Notes: generated from the sequence alone by a model not told the origin. Positions 30,215 to 43,536 are shown, numbered from the stretch's first letter. The stretch: DNA of 64,000 bases from Octopus sinensis (GCF_006345805.1 NC_042998.1:48918001-48982000); one strand, 5' to 3'. Numbers and translations: made by a program.

Positions 30215-30338
30215 ATGTAATGTTGAGTATGGAGCAGTTGCTCTTAAATTGTTATTTATGGCTGAGTATAGATAGATATAGATATTATGTGTGGGGTTAA
30301 ATATATGTATGTATATTCAAATGCACACACACAAGCAT

Positions 30339-30444
<106 letters not shown>

Positions 30445-31098
30445 CACATGCTAAACATCTTTGTCAAAGTTACAAATCATTGACTTTCTAACACTTGACT
30501 AACCAACAAACCATTCCTTTTGACCATATGTAATTCACGTCATTTGAATTATAATACGATTAACATTAAGAAGACATGATTAGAGAATATGGAATTATAT
30601 TAAGAGGAAGAATTATGTAAAAAGCACGACGAATACATGTAGGTGTTCTAGAGAGCGAGACAACGTATGGGTAATTTGGCAGGAAGAGAGAAGTGTATAT
30701 GACAAATACGTTTGTGTTTAAATCACACAAACCAAACTTGTTTGTGTTATGTTGACACATTATCTGTGTTCATATTTGCATATGTATATTTATATGATGT
30801 ATGGTTAATGAGAATAGATATATGCATGCAATTTTATGAGTGCTTGCTCGGGTTATCTTCATATTATGCGTGCTTATTTGTGTGTGCATGAATTAATGTA
30901 CACCTTTAACTGTTCTTTTATCTGTGATTATTAGTATGTATATTTATGTAATGTATCTATGTATGTGTGTGTGGGTAGGTAAATATGCATGTATGTGTGC
31001 ATGACTGAATGAATACATGGAGAATTTTATATATGCAATGTATGTGTGTGTGTGTGTGTGATTTTGCGAAAGTGTGTGTATGTATGTATGTAACCATG

Positions 31099-31141
<43 letters not shown>

Positions 31142-31353
31142 TGTATGTATGTATACATATGTGTGTGTGTATAATATATTTATTATATATGTATATCTGT
31201 GTGTGTGTATCTATCAATCTGTCTAATTATCAACCTATCTATCTATATGTGTGTGTATGTGTATATATGTATATGTAGGTATAAATGTATATATATATGT
31301 ATGTATCTATAAATGTAGGTATATATATATATGTATGTATGTATATATGTATA

Positions 31354-31384
<31 letters not shown>

Positions 31385-31844
31385 GTGTGATGTGTGCATG
31401 TGTATACGTGTATGTATGTATTTTTATGTCTTTTAGTGTTCATGTATGTATATGTTTTTGTGAGGAGTTTGGTTTTTCTGCTTGCAGAGAGGGAGTGATT
31501 TCAATATATTCTGCAAAGTAAAGTGAGAGAAACGCGAGGAAGAGGCAGGGTGGGGTCGGCAGCTGCTATTGGGAATAAGTCTGGGAAGTAATGTTTTTGC
31601 AGAACAATCAATAAAATGATTTCACAACCATTTTTGAACAGCTGAAAGTTTAACATTGTTCAGCAACATTAACAACAACACTGGAGAAGATGGTGATCTG
31701 TATTTAGAGACCTGTGAAGGAATTAATTAAAATCGCTCTTCAAAGAAGACGAAGACACAAACAAAATATAAATAAATAAATGAATAAACAAATGTATATA
31801 TATATATATATATGATGATGATATGTATGTATGTATTCATATAT

Positions 31845-32235
31845 GTATTCTTTTACTTGTTTCAGTCATCGACCATGCTGGAGCACCACCTTTAGTCAAA
31901 CAAATTGACCCCAGGACTTATTCTTTGTAAGCCTAGTACTTATTCTATCGGTCTCTTTTTGCCAAACCGCTAAGTTACAGGGGACGTAAGCACACCAACA
32001 CCGGTTGTCAAGCGATGATGGGGGGACAAACACAGACACACAAACAAACGCATATATATATATATATATACACATATATACACAACGGGCTTCTTTCAGT
32101 TTTCATCTACCAAATCCACTCAAAAGGCTTTGATTGGCCTGAGGCTATAGCAGAAGACACTTGCCCAAGGTTCGACACAGTGGGACTGAACCTAAACATG
32201 TGGTTGGGAAGCAAGCTTCTTACCGCACAGCCATG
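31845..32235 (-). mobile_element. SINE family B, full length
   Basis: Reverse-strand copy of the same head and tail. Confidence 0.8.
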
Positions 32236-32287
32236 CATACATACATGTGTGTGTGTGTATTTATGCATATATATATATATACATATA

Positions 32288-32329
<42 letters not shown>

Positions 32330-33204
32330 ATCAAATGAAACAATTATCCATTCTATGTTATTATTCATTTGATTATATTTAACCAAGGGAATTTATGACT
32401 CGTTGGACACCCTAGAGTATACCTACAACATACTACTAAAAGTAACACATAATTTGGAACAGCCACTTAGGTGCTAAATACTCACAGGGCTGGTTTTCTC
32501 TGTGTATACAACTGAAATATCCTATCTGATGTTTCAACTCTCACCAACCTCAGACAATAAGACCCTACCTGGTACATATCTTTTCAAGTACCTTTTTTTT
32601 CGGAATCCTCATTTTACTTCTTATTGGTGTGTTTACATCCCCATAACTTAGCAGTTTGGCAAACAAGACTTATAGAATAAGTACTAGGTTTACAAAGAAT
32701 AAATCCTTGGGTCGATTTATTCAACTAAAAGGCATTTCTCCAGCATGGCCACAATCAAATGACTGAAACAAGTAAAAGAGTAAGAGTATATATGTGTGTG
32801 TGTGTATATAATATATATATATATATAATAAATTACTGATCTCTGATAGAATATCTCTCAGCATATGAAACTATTAGTAGCGCTTTAATACATGTATTGT
32901 GACCTTTAAATAAATAATATATATATATATAATGTATACATATATATATATTATATATATATATTTTATATGTATATATATATATATATGCATATTCTTT
33001 TACTTGTTTCAGTCATTTGACTGTGGCCATGCTGGAGTGCCACCTTTAGTCAAGCAAATCGATCCCAGGACCAATAAAATAGGTACTAGGCTTACAAAGA
33101 ATAAGTCTTGGGGGTCAATTTGTTCGACTAAAGGTAGTGCTCCAGCATGGCTGCAGTCAAAATGATTGAAACAAGTAAAAGGATAAAAGTAAATATATAT
33201 AAAA

Positions 33205-33847
33205 TATCATCATCGTCATCATTTAACGTCTGTTGTCCATGCTGGCATGTGTTGGACAGTTTAACTGGACTGGCATGCTGGAAGGTTGCATCACGCGCCA
33301 GTCTGATTTGGCATGGTTTTCTACAGCTGGATGCTCTTCTTAATGCCAACCACTCCGAGAGTGTAATGGGTGTTTTATGTGCCACCAGTATAGGTACCAT
33401 TTGCAAGACACCAGTATCTGCAACAATCGCGATTTTGCTCTGCTTGATGGGTCTCCTTTTCAAGCACAACATAATGCCAATGGTTTTGGTCATTGCCTCC
33501 ATTAGACCCAACACTCGAAAGGGACTTGACTACTTTGCTTCCATGAGGCCCAGCACTCTAAAGGAACTCAGCCAACACTCAAACACTCAAAAGAAACTCA
33601 GTCACTTTGCCACCATCAGGCCCAACACTCAAAAGGAACTCAACAACTTTGCCTCCATGTGGCCATAAACATTCTTTATGTGTCACCAGTACAGACACAC
33701 TTCACTTGATGGGCCCTCTCAAGCACAGCACATTGCCAAAGGTCTTGGTCACAAGTCATTGCCTCTGTGAGGCTCAAAGTTTGAAGATCATGCTTCACCA
33801 CCTCGTCCCATGTCTTCCTTGGTCTACCACTACCACAGTTTCCCTCT
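33205..33847 (-). mobile_element. SINE family C copy carrying an RTE ORF C-terminal segment
   Basis: SGRPRKTWDEVVKHDLQTLSLTEAMTCDQDLWQCAVLE next to the gap. Confidence 0.7.
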
Positions 33848-33947
33848 NNNNNNNNNNNNNNNNNNNNNNNNNNNNNNNNNNNNNNNNNNNNNNNNNNNNN
33901 NNNNNNNNNNNNNNNNNNNNNNNNNNNNNNNNNNNNNNNNNNNNNNN
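33848..33947. other. Assembly gap (100 N)
   Basis: Run of N. Confidence 1.
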
Positions 33948-34109
33948 ACAAACCCGAGCAACGCCGGGCGATACTGCTAGTAAGAGATATATAAAAAATA
34001 CAAAAATGGGACATATATATGTGTGTGTGTGTGTATGTATACATCTATATATATATGTGTGTGTGTATATATATGTATGTATGTATGTATGTGTATATAT
34101 ATATATATT

Positions 34110-34150
<41 letters not shown>

Positions 34151-34159
34151 AACCAAAGT

Positions 34160-34640
34160 TTACATACACCTGTATATTTTTTTATATATAAAAAATACAA
34201 AAATGGGACAAGAACGCAAATCATCTAGATAGTTAGGTGATACAAAAAAGGGACAACAAAACATCCAGACAGACGATACAAAGAAAACAAGGATGGGTCA
34301 TTTGGAGTTTTCTATCCTCAGTCAAGTTCCAGATTATCTTTGCAATTTCAATTGGTTATATTCGAGATTGCTCCAATCTGTTCAGCCCCAAGGAAAAATT
34401 AAGCTAAGAGCATTAGATTCCTTGGAAGAAAGCAACAAATGTATATGAAAACAAGGACGGAAAAAAAAGAAAAAAAAACAGAGACTGTTACAAAAGCAAA
34501 TAACAGGACATAACAACAGGTGACTTTCAACTAAGGATGAATTAAATTAAGTTGGTGGGTGTGGAAGTAAAGCCTTACGGCAAGGATATAATATTTGACA
34601 GCGAAGAATATAGATGTTGCAAGGAGTAATACTTTTTTGA
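34160..34640 (-). mobile_element. Probable PLE 3' end/pLTR remnant
   Basis: Contains CTGAGGA plus a decayed stem II/GAAA and a short internal direct repeat (aaaacaagga[c/t]gg at about 34285 and 34449); adjacent to microsatellite. Confidence 0.35.
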
Positions 34641-34714
34641 AACACTCTATGAAATTCCGCCAACAATATCGCAAATGATGATGATGATGATGATAATAAT
34701 AATAATAATAATAA

Positions 34715-34745
<31 letters not shown>

Positions 34746-34790
34746 AAGAAGAAGAAGAGAAGAAGAAGAAGAAAATGAAGAAGAAAAAGA

Positions 34791-34824
<34 letters not shown>

Positions 34825-35033
34825 TATTATTATTATTATTATTATTGGTGAAATTAATTAATTTTTAAGAAACCGAGAAATTGATTGAGTGGTGACAATC
34901 AATTCTCATGTTGAGGTGGAAGAAACTAAAATGCAAGATATAGTAATAAAGTGGTGTATGTGGAATGTGTGTGTGTGTATGTATAAGTGTACATATGTAT
35001 ATGTGTTTATATATACATATATATGTACGTGTG

Positions 35034-35085
<52 letters not shown>

Positions 35086-35089
<4 letters not shown>

Positions 35090-35915
35090 GGGTGAAATGA
35101 ATAAATTGTCACCATTTTATACTTTTAATTTCATGCATGTGCTTTATTTGTTTTTGATTTTGTCGACTACACATTATAGTAGAGTCAGTTGGACACTGAC
35201 TGTGAGAAAAACAGCACCATGATGCAATTCATTCTGCCAGAAATTTGAAAACGACATACTGTACTGCTTGGCATTTGCACCAGAAGCTCCAATACGAACA
35301 TTTGTGAGTGTTTGGTTGCCATTCTGAGGACAGTGCAATCTGAGGACATGTACCAAGAGTGATAAAAATCAAACATCCAGTCAACTGAGTGATCACTAGC
35401 GATGGCGATGTTATGCCTCCATTCATTTTCCCACATGGCCTCACACCCAGCCCGGTGGCCTACATTAAGTGCCTGGAGGAGGTAGTGCTACTCTGGGTCA
35501 AGAGGGTGGCTACTGGAAGACCCTATGTCTGGCAACAGAACACTGCGCCATGCCACACCAGCAGAGGAACCCAGTCGTAGCTCTCAGACAATTTCTGCAG
35601 CCACATCACCCCTAACATGTGGCCACCTAACTCCCCAGACTGCAACTCCCTTGATTATTATGTGTGGAGCACAGTTAAGCAAAAAAACCAACAAAACTTC
35701 TTGTAACACCAAAGATGAACTGAAGGCAATGATTATGGCAGCATTCATCCAACTTAAAGTAGGAGACCCCCCACCACCAGAAAAGTCGTGTGGAGGCCGT
35801 GGTTGAAGCCAATGGCGATTTTATTGAATAAATTTACTCTTTCATATTTCAAGATATTTTAATGTAATTTTGGTAAATATATCTGTTAAAATGTGTTATC
35901 AGTGTTATTTTCATA
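35086..35915 (+). mobile_element. Second copy of the same maT-like deleted element (right TIR not seen)
   Basis: TA-cagggtgaaatgaataaattgtcacc left end; MITSDGDVMPPFIFPHGL...YVWQQNTAPCHTS. Confidence 0.85.
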
Positions 35916-36042
35916 ATTCTTTTGTTTATGTTTTTTTTTAGAAACAAGTTATCTTCAATTAATTTAGGCCATAAATAATGTTGTGGAGACATTGGGTTAA
36001 AAACCCTTTGAATTGAAAAGTATCAAATGCTGCATGCCAGCA

Positions 36043-36083
<41 letters not shown>

Positions 36084-36230
36084 TACTTTCCTATGTTTGT
36101 ATGGGTCAGTACTATTCAATTTTCGATTGTATTTTACACCAGTTACACATACACACACACACATTCTTATGTACATGCATACATACAAACACACATACAC
36201 ACATAATCACATATTTATATATGTATTCAT

Positions 36231-36261
<31 letters not shown>

Positions 36262-36929
36262 CATATATATACATTTATATACAGATGCATATAACGAAAT
36301 TTGCCCTGCCAAATACTCTATCATCTCTTAACACATTGTTTTTGATGTCATGTCCATTTGTTGGATCAAAGCAACACATACTCCATACATTATTGTACAA
36401 AGTCTAAAACTAATGGAAGAGGAGAAATATTTTGAGTAGGTAACTGACTATTATTGACATAGTAATGTTTCTCGGTGATTCTCAGAATAATTCAACTATA
36501 GTTGATTTAGTTCTTCTTCTTCAAGCTATTACAACTGAGATGCATGTCACCACACCATTTCAGGAAACTCTATTCTGTTCCCCATTAATTTTTGTAGATC
36601 ATCAGTTTTATATTGTGTGTCTCCACTTATAACAATGCAGTAGAGTGGTTTTCATCTTCTAGTAGAGTACAGTTGTTTCCAAAATATTCTTTTTACTATA
36701 GGAACAAGGCTCGAAATTTTGAGAGAGAAAGCTAGTCAATGACATGTACCTCAGTGCTCAACTGGTACTTATTTTATTGACTCCAAAATGATAAAAGGCA
36801 AAATTGACTTTTGGTAAAATTTGAATTCAGAATGTAAATCCAGAAGAAATGCCACTAAGCATATAGTCCACTGTGGTACCAAATCTGCCAGATCACCACT
36901 TTTCCAAAATTATATTTTATCCAATATGG

Positions 36930-37185
36930 ATCAGCAAACTCTACTCTGCATTGAGCAACAATAGTAGAAATGGGTGGGGTGTGTCCATAAATCTTCTCTT
37001 TAGTCTTGTGCTCATGCTATGAGATGTTTTGAGCCCTCATGAAAAGCTTAGTGTATGTATCATCAAGTTGGTCTTGAAGATCCTTCTTTGTTGTCCAGGT
37101 TTCAACTCCATAGAGAATACACTTCTACACATGCTCTGAAGAAAGTCAGACTTGTTGACTTTGAAATATTTGACTGTCAATTGTT
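36930..37185 (-). mobile_element. RTE/RTE-X LINE 3' ORF fragment
   Basis: ILYGVETWTTKKDLQDQLDDTYTKLFMRAQNIS..EHKTKEKIYGHTPPIS. Confidence 0.75.
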
Positions 37186-38094
37186 GTGAAGCTTGTTAGA
37201 GACACTCCAGGTCTGTCACTTCTCTGTGATGCAATATATTGATTTCAAATTTTGGCACAAGGCCAGCAGGTTCGAGGGAAGGGAGATAATCAATTATATT
37301 GACACCCAGTGTTTGACTGGTATTTGTTTTATTGACCTCGAAAGAATCAAAGGTAAAGTTGACCTTATCAGAATTTGAACTCGGAACATAAAGATGGGCA
37401 AAATGTCACTAAGCATTTTGCCAGGTGTGCTAACAACTTTGCCAGCTCACTGCTTTAATGTCAAATGTTATTTTAATGGATGTGAATGGAAGTGAGACTT
37501 AATCAGTCTATTGTCCAATATTTTATTTTGAACATGAAACTTGTGATGCTTAAGATAACCTATAAGAATGGGAGGTATAATGATAGAAATAAACCAAAAT
37601 GTCAAACATTTTGGACCCTATATTGTAACTACTCACTCATTGAGAGTAGAAAGCAACAAGATTCTAATTGCAATGTACTGAAGTTTTTCCTGTAGAATCA
37701 TGCCTGAAGTATATAAGACACCAAAATGTCAATAAGTTTGTTTTTTACAATTGCTACCATAACAGTAGTTCCTTGGAACCAGCTCATTTCATACCTCCTT
37801 CTGTCAAGCACTTCAGACTGACTCAGCTCTCCATCTCTCATCATTATTGTTGCATCCAGCCCCCTCCTTCTGGTCCCACACTAACTGCTGTTCCCAATCT
37901 TTCTTCTCCAAAGCATCACCCCTCTAGAATCTTTTTCCTGCTCATGTCTTCCCTGCATATGTCAACCTGCATGAGTTTAAATGAAACATTAATGACACCA
38001 AGCCCAATAATTTCAGAAGACTTACAAAAGGCAATGGGTACTGCCCCGTCCTTGCAGACCCAGCAAGTAAAAGTTACTGTTTTATCCCCTATAT

Positions 38095-38476
38095 AAGTGG
38101 TTCTCAACCATTTTTTTTTTTATCTATGGACCCCTTTGATTACTATTTTATTCTGGTGGACCCTCATAGCCATTCAATGTTTAAATAAGTAGTGTTATAC
38201 ATACTTTTAAAATTCCTATTTTGTTTTGTGTAGGCTGAACTTTGTAACATGTCAGAGACAAAAACCTAACCCTTTCTTGAGACAAAAGCCTAGTTCTTTC
38301 TTGAGGCAAAAACCTAGTTCTTTCTTGAGACAGAAACCTAGCTCTTTGTTGCAATAAATATACCTCAAGGAAAATTTTTACATGGACCCATAAAATACTA
38401 CAATGGACCCTAATTTACTATTTTACTTATGTCGACCTCCAAAAAGTCTTATATGGACCCTGGTTGAGAACCACTG
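38095..38476. mobile_element. hAT-type MITE
   Basis: TIRs [a]agtggttctcaacc / ggttgagaaccactg; 8-bp TSD-like ccctatat / ccctgtac. Confidence 0.8.
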
Positions 38477-38749
38477 CCCTGTACCATGCAGACATATTTT
38501 ATAACATTTATCCAGTTCAGGCAAATATAGAGGAAAGAATTGAAACAAGAATTCAACATTGTGTCTATTACAAAAGTACTAATCAACAGATCAAACATTC
38601 AGAAGAGAAATAAAAAAAAAAGAGAAACACAAATATTTACTTACTAAATGTCAGATATTTCATTCCCATTGCTATATTAATCATCTTGTTTGGTTGGTAT
38701 TTATGTCTTTATCATTGTTTTATTATTTTTGTTCTTCTTCTTCTTCTAG

Positions 38750-38896
38750 GTCTCTGCATCAAATGTTACAACTGTAACTCATCACCTTTCCAGAGTGGAA
38801 GATTCTGTGTCGAACTACCAAAGAAATCTTCATTTGAAATTGACTGTGATTTATTCCAAAAAAATTACACACGATGCCGTAAAGTGGTTCAAAATG
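38750..38896 (+). CDS. Internal coding exon of Ly6/uPAR (three-finger) quiver/sleepless-like protein
   Basis: Polypyrimidine tract + AG at 38748-49, GTAAGT donor at 38897. Phase 1/1 exon reads (x)GT-LCIKCYNCNSSPFQSGRFCVELPKKSSFEIDCDLFQKNYTRCRKVVQN, the CYxC start of an LU domain, with an NYT sequon. Confidence 0.9.
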
Positions 38897-39372
38897 GTAA
38901 GTAATAATAACTCATTTACTTTTCACTTTCATGTTGATATTTTAACATCAAGGAAATGTGAGATACACCAAAATACGCTGCATAAAAGTTAATGAAACTT
39001 AGTAGCTGGGCTCATGTGTGTGTGTGTGTGTGCATGTGCAGACGCATGCATGCATGTGTTCATGTGTGTGTATATATGTACAAATGTATATGTATATATA
39101 CATATATTTACATAATAATATCTATACACATATATACACATATGCAAATACACACACATGCATATATATGTATGTGTGTGTGCATATGTAGGTATGTATG
39201 CATGTACGTATGTATGAATGTATGCATGTATGTGTGTGCATATGTATGTCTGTATGTATGTATGTATGCACGTATGTATGTATGCTCGTATGTATGTATG
39301 TATGTATGTATGCATGTATGTATGTATGTATGTAAGTATGTATGTATGCACGTATGTATGTATGCATGTATG

Positions 39373-39403
<31 letters not shown>

Positions 39404-39424
39404 GTATGTGTGTATGCACGTATG

Positions 39425-39455
<31 letters not shown>

Positions 39456-39712
39456 GTATGTGTGTATGCACGTATGTATGTATGTATGTAAGTATGTGTG
39501 TATGCACGTATGTATGTATGCATGCATGCATGTATGTGTTCACAAACCCTTGAGACTGAAGCTTCTGCATCTTGTCTGTTTAAGAAATTGATTTTCGCGT
39601 CATACTTTTTTTCAATCAGGGAAATGTTTTATAACCATATGCTGCAGGTAGTATCAAGCAGGTGATATTCAATAAGACAGTTTTTTGATGGCAACTAGAT
39701 CAAACATTCACC

Positions 39713-39769
<57 letters not shown>

Positions 39770-40541
39770 TATACATATAGACATATATACTGACTATATA
39801 TACATATATATATTCGTTCATTTAAGTGTGTAGAAGCTGCTTCACTTATTAGTTATACTTTATATACTACAGTCAATTAACAACACTTTAGTAAGTTCTT
39901 TCAGTCTGACAAATTCATCTTCTATGTTACTATAGTATCAGTTGCTTCCTTTGAGTTACTTACAAGTTATTATAAAGACATTACTCAACCAAACATCATG
40001 AACTTCACTCCATATATAAAGAACACAATGATTAAGATAAAAAAAAAATAAAGCAACTTAGGTTATTATATAGTTGGAGGTTTGGTAGAATAGTTATCAA
40101 GTTCACTTTGTAAGTGTGTAGTTCTGGGTTCAATCTCACTGGCCAGCCTCCAGTCAACCCAAATAAAATTGAATTGATGGTAGATGCATATATGGCTATG
40201 TAGTAATAACTTTGCTTCCTAACTTTGTGGTCTTGGGTTCATTCTTGGCACATGGTACTTTGAACAAGTGTTTTCTCTTATAACTCCAGGCCAACCCAAA
40301 ATTTCTGAAAGAAATTATGGGATTTGGCAGATGAACACTGAAAAAAGCCTATTATATATATAGATATATATACGGGTGATTGTGTATAGAAGAATATATT
40401 AATAAAAGGAATTCCAACCTTGTCTGATTTTCACGTTTTATTTACAATCTTATAATGATATAAGATAATATGATATAATATAATATAATATAATATAATA
40501 TAAAATAATAAAATAATAGAATGTTAAATGTTCATTCTGAT

Positions 40542-40586
40542 TGAACTAGTACTTTCATGCATTAAATTCTGCAATCTTCAGGTTCA
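40542..40586 (-). ncRNA. Type I hammerhead ribozyme, palindrome P1 left arm
   Basis: TGAAC CTGAAGA T TGCA-gaatttaa-TGCA T GAAA GTACT A GTTCA: 5-bp stem I, intact core, stem II, palindromic stem III (AGTACT), UA cleavage site. Confidence 0.85.
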
Positions 40587-40668
40587 TGTAGTAGTGGTGA
40601 CAGTCATGCTTCACAATTTTTGACACCACAGTCAAAAATTGTGAAGCATGACTGTCACCACTACTACA

Positions 40669-40714
40669 TGAACCTGAAGATTGCAGAAATTAATGCATGA
40701 AAGTACTAGTCTCA
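40669..40714 (+). ncRNA. Type I hammerhead ribozyme, P1 right arm
   Basis: Same motif on +; core CTGAAGA 40674-80, GAAA 40699-702; stem I weakened by one extra base (GTCTCA). Confidence 0.7.
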
Positions 40715-40977
40715 ATCAGAATGAAGATTTAACATTCTATTATTTTATTATATTATATTATATTATATTAATTATATTATATCATTATAAGATATGTAAA
40801 TAAAACGTGAAAATCAGACAAGGTTGGAATTCCTTTTATTATATATATATATATATATATATAATAATTATATATATAAGTTGCATGAGAGTTGATTCAA
40901 ACTGTTACATAACGTGTGTATATATAGTATGTATATATATATTATAACATGTATATAAAATATATATAATAAATATA

Positions 40978-41020
<43 letters not shown>

Positions 41021-41604
41021 GTATTATATATATATAATATATACACGTTATATAACAGTTTGACTCAACTCCAATGCAACTTAAACCTTTAGTACCCATA
41101 TATAATGCTTATTCTTCATGCTGCTTTGAATTAATCATTCTTTATCTTGTAGCTCAGAAATTTCGATGGTATGTTTGTTTAGTTTAAGAATGATGTTGCA
41201 TAGTAGATGTAAAGAGCTGAATCTTGCCAGTTTGAACATAGAACACCTAGAATAGTTGAGCTGGATATGGCCAGTTTGAACACTAAAGGGTTATGGTTTT
41301 GCAGGCTTGTAGAATGAACTTATTTCACTGGACATTTAAAGAAGATTAAAGAAGATATAAGACAAATTCAAGATGTCTTCTAGATGTTAGGCCTCTATTG
41401 TTCAACATAGGTCATGTGGTGTTATTAGCTTGAAAATAACACAGGTCCTTTTCTTTATTCTTTGGCCCATGTGCTCAGACAGGATGTCAGTCACCATCTC
41501 TTATCTCTTTTCAAGCAAGGTAATAATTCCCCATGGAACTACATATATATATGGAAAAAAAAGTAAAAATAGAAAATGCTAAAATAATTTTATAAAAAAC
41601 ATTT

Positions 41605-41640
41605 CAGTACCGGTTTCAGTCATTGAGACTTTTTCAACTG
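41605..41640 (-). ncRNA. Type I hammerhead with U3-A8 variant core, P2 left arm
   Basis: CAG TTGAAAA AGTC-tcaat-GACT GAAA CCGGT A CTG: stems I and II intact, palindromic stem III ACCGGT. Confidence 0.7.
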
Positions 41641-42006
41641 TAAGTATGGAAAACAATTAAATTTTGGAAAAATTCAAAGAAAAGTTTTTTTAAAAGAATA
41701 TTTGCATAGTGTTCAAATACAAGTGACACTTGCTTGTTTCTGCCCGTCTCTGTCTCTCTTGTTTACTCTTGTGGGTTCGAGGTCATTGTGAATTATTATT
41801 ATTATTATTATTATTATATTATTATTATTGTTATTATTATTCCCTACTAAGAATTCACAATAACCTCGAACCCACAAGAGTAAACAAGAGAGACAGAGAC
41901 AGGCAGAAACAAGGAAAACGCCACTTGTATTTGAACACTATGCAAATATTCTTTTGAAAAAATGTTTCTTTTACTTTTTCCAAAATTTAATTGTTTTCCA
42001 TACTTA

Positions 42007-42043
42007 CAGTTAAAAACAGTCTCAATGACTGAAACCGGTACTG
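42007..42043 (+). ncRNA. Degenerate hammerhead, P2 right arm
   Basis: CAG TTAAAAAC AGTC-tcaat-GACT GAAA CCGGT A CTG; G5 lost, so predicted inactive. Confidence 0.5.
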
Positions 42044-43119
42044 AGATGTTGTATATAAAATTATTTTAGCATTTTCTATTTTGACCTTTTTTTCCATATA
42101 TATCAACTCATGTGTTCCTTTTCAACCTTCTACATATATATATATATATATATATATGACAGGCTTCTACACAGTTTCCATCTTCCAGACTCACTCACAA
42201 GGCATTGGTCGCCACAGAGCCTTAGTAGATGATACTTGCCCAACGTACCACACAGTGACATTAAGCCTGAAATCTGTGGTTGCAAAGGGAATTTGTGCAT
42301 AAAATATATATTGTCTTACCATTTTGTTTTTAATTACTATTTAGCATAAGGCAAGAAGCTGACAGAATTGTAAGCATGCTGGCCAAAATGCTTAGCAGTA
42401 TTTTATCCATCCTTATGTTTGGAGTTCAAATTCCACTGAGGTCAACTTTGCCTTTCATCCTTTCGGAGTTAATAAAATAAGTACCAGTTGAACACTAGGG
42501 GTGATGTAATCGACTTACTCCCTCCCGCAAACTTTTTGGTCTTGTGTCAAAAGTTGAAACTAATTGCTATTTAGAAAGCCAAATTATTTAATGTACATAT
42601 GAACTATATATATATTTACATATACATGCATCAGCAATTACCTTGCAGTTGTAGCTAACTGTTCCAGATAAACTCTGTGCCTCAGACAGTTGCCACCCAC
42701 TGGCTGTCTGCCAAGTGAGACTCAAATTGTAATCAATCTTCATTTTATTGGCAAAGACAATAGATATTTAGTCCAACGGTCAGTGAAAAGATTTGCCAAG
42801 AGACTAAATAGTTGTATCTTCAGTTACCCCTCACAGCAGTACTAGCAACCTACATATGAGTCTGAATAACTGCAATACAAGATAAAGTCTGATAGAAAAT
42901 ATCAACATTCATGACAACACTAGTTTCATGAAATATTGTGCTTTGGAAAATATGTGTGTAGTGGCCATGAGATTAAGAAGCTTGCTTCCCAACCATGTGG
43001 TTTCAGGTTCAGTCCCTTTGTGTGGCACCTAAGATGAGCATCTTCTACTATAACCCCAGGCCAACAAAAGCCTTGTGAGTCGATTTGGTAGACATAAACT
43101 GAAAGAAGCCTACTGTATA

Positions 43120-43162
<43 letters not shown>

Positions 43163-43375
43163 GATATAGGATAAAATTTTTTTCGGGAAAAAATTTTTAT
43201 CAATGGCCAGCATATCAAAAAATGCCTTTAAAGGTAAAATTTATACATAATTTACAAGATAAGAGCAGAAGAAAAATTCTAATGCCAGATACGCCGAAAA
43301 CAAAAAATTGTCGATAACCATTAAATTTATGCGTTTCGAAACAAGCCGATAGAAATCTCTAAAAAATTCTTTATT

Positions 43376-43432
43376 ACCGTATTGGACCAATTTCGGGGTT
43401 AATTCACAAGAAATTTTCCCCTCTTCAGCGGC
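43376..43432 (-). ncRNA. Type I hammerhead ribozyme, P3 left arm
   Basis: GCCG CTGAAGA GGGG...CCCC GAAA TTGGTCCAAT A CGGT; all elements intact. Confidence 0.85.
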
Positions 43433-43479
43433 ACATACGCTGGGTATGAATAAGTATTTCATTTATATCTCGTGTATGT

Positions 43480-43536
43480 GCCGCTGAAGAGGGGAAAATT
43501 TCTTGTGAATTAACCCCGAAATTGGACCAATACGGT
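43480..43536 (+). ncRNA. Type I hammerhead ribozyme, P3 right arm
   Basis: GCCG CTGAAGA GGGG-aaaatttcttgtgaattaa-CCCC GAAA TTGGACCAAT A CGGT. Confidence 0.85.

Larger units (their letters stand above)
40401..40840. repeat. Palindrome P1 (arms about 210-225 bp, 6-nt loop ACCACA at 40625-30)
   Basis: Arms are reverse complements apart from a few substitutions/indels; (TA)n on the right flank. Confidence 0.95.
41544..42103. repeat. Palindrome P2 (arms about 250 bp, (TTA)n spacer about 41795-41851)
   Basis: ggaaaaaaaagtaaaaatagaaaatgc...gtgaatt versus aattcac...gcattttctattttgacctttttttcc. Confidence 0.95.

Noticed and set aside
31520-31760. Possible PLE endonuclease C-terminus on - strand
   Set aside because: Only faint resemblance, with stops; cannot be supported without a search.
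32836-32880. HHR-like remnant (hairpin + GAAA CTATTAGT A) between TA tracts
   Set aside because: Core reads CTGATCT and stem I is absent; too degenerate to call.
37668-38096. 142-aa + strand ORF
   Set aside because: Alternative TTG start, no domain signature; likely an old repeat or chance.
38989-39591. About 190-200-aa ORFs (and all other [12 protein letters not shown] ORFs)
   Set aside because: Translations of TATG/TA/CA microsatellites.
42635-42705. Possible - strand exon (TASGWQLSEAQSLSGTVSYNCK)
   Set aside because: Isolated, with no partner exons or recognisable motif.
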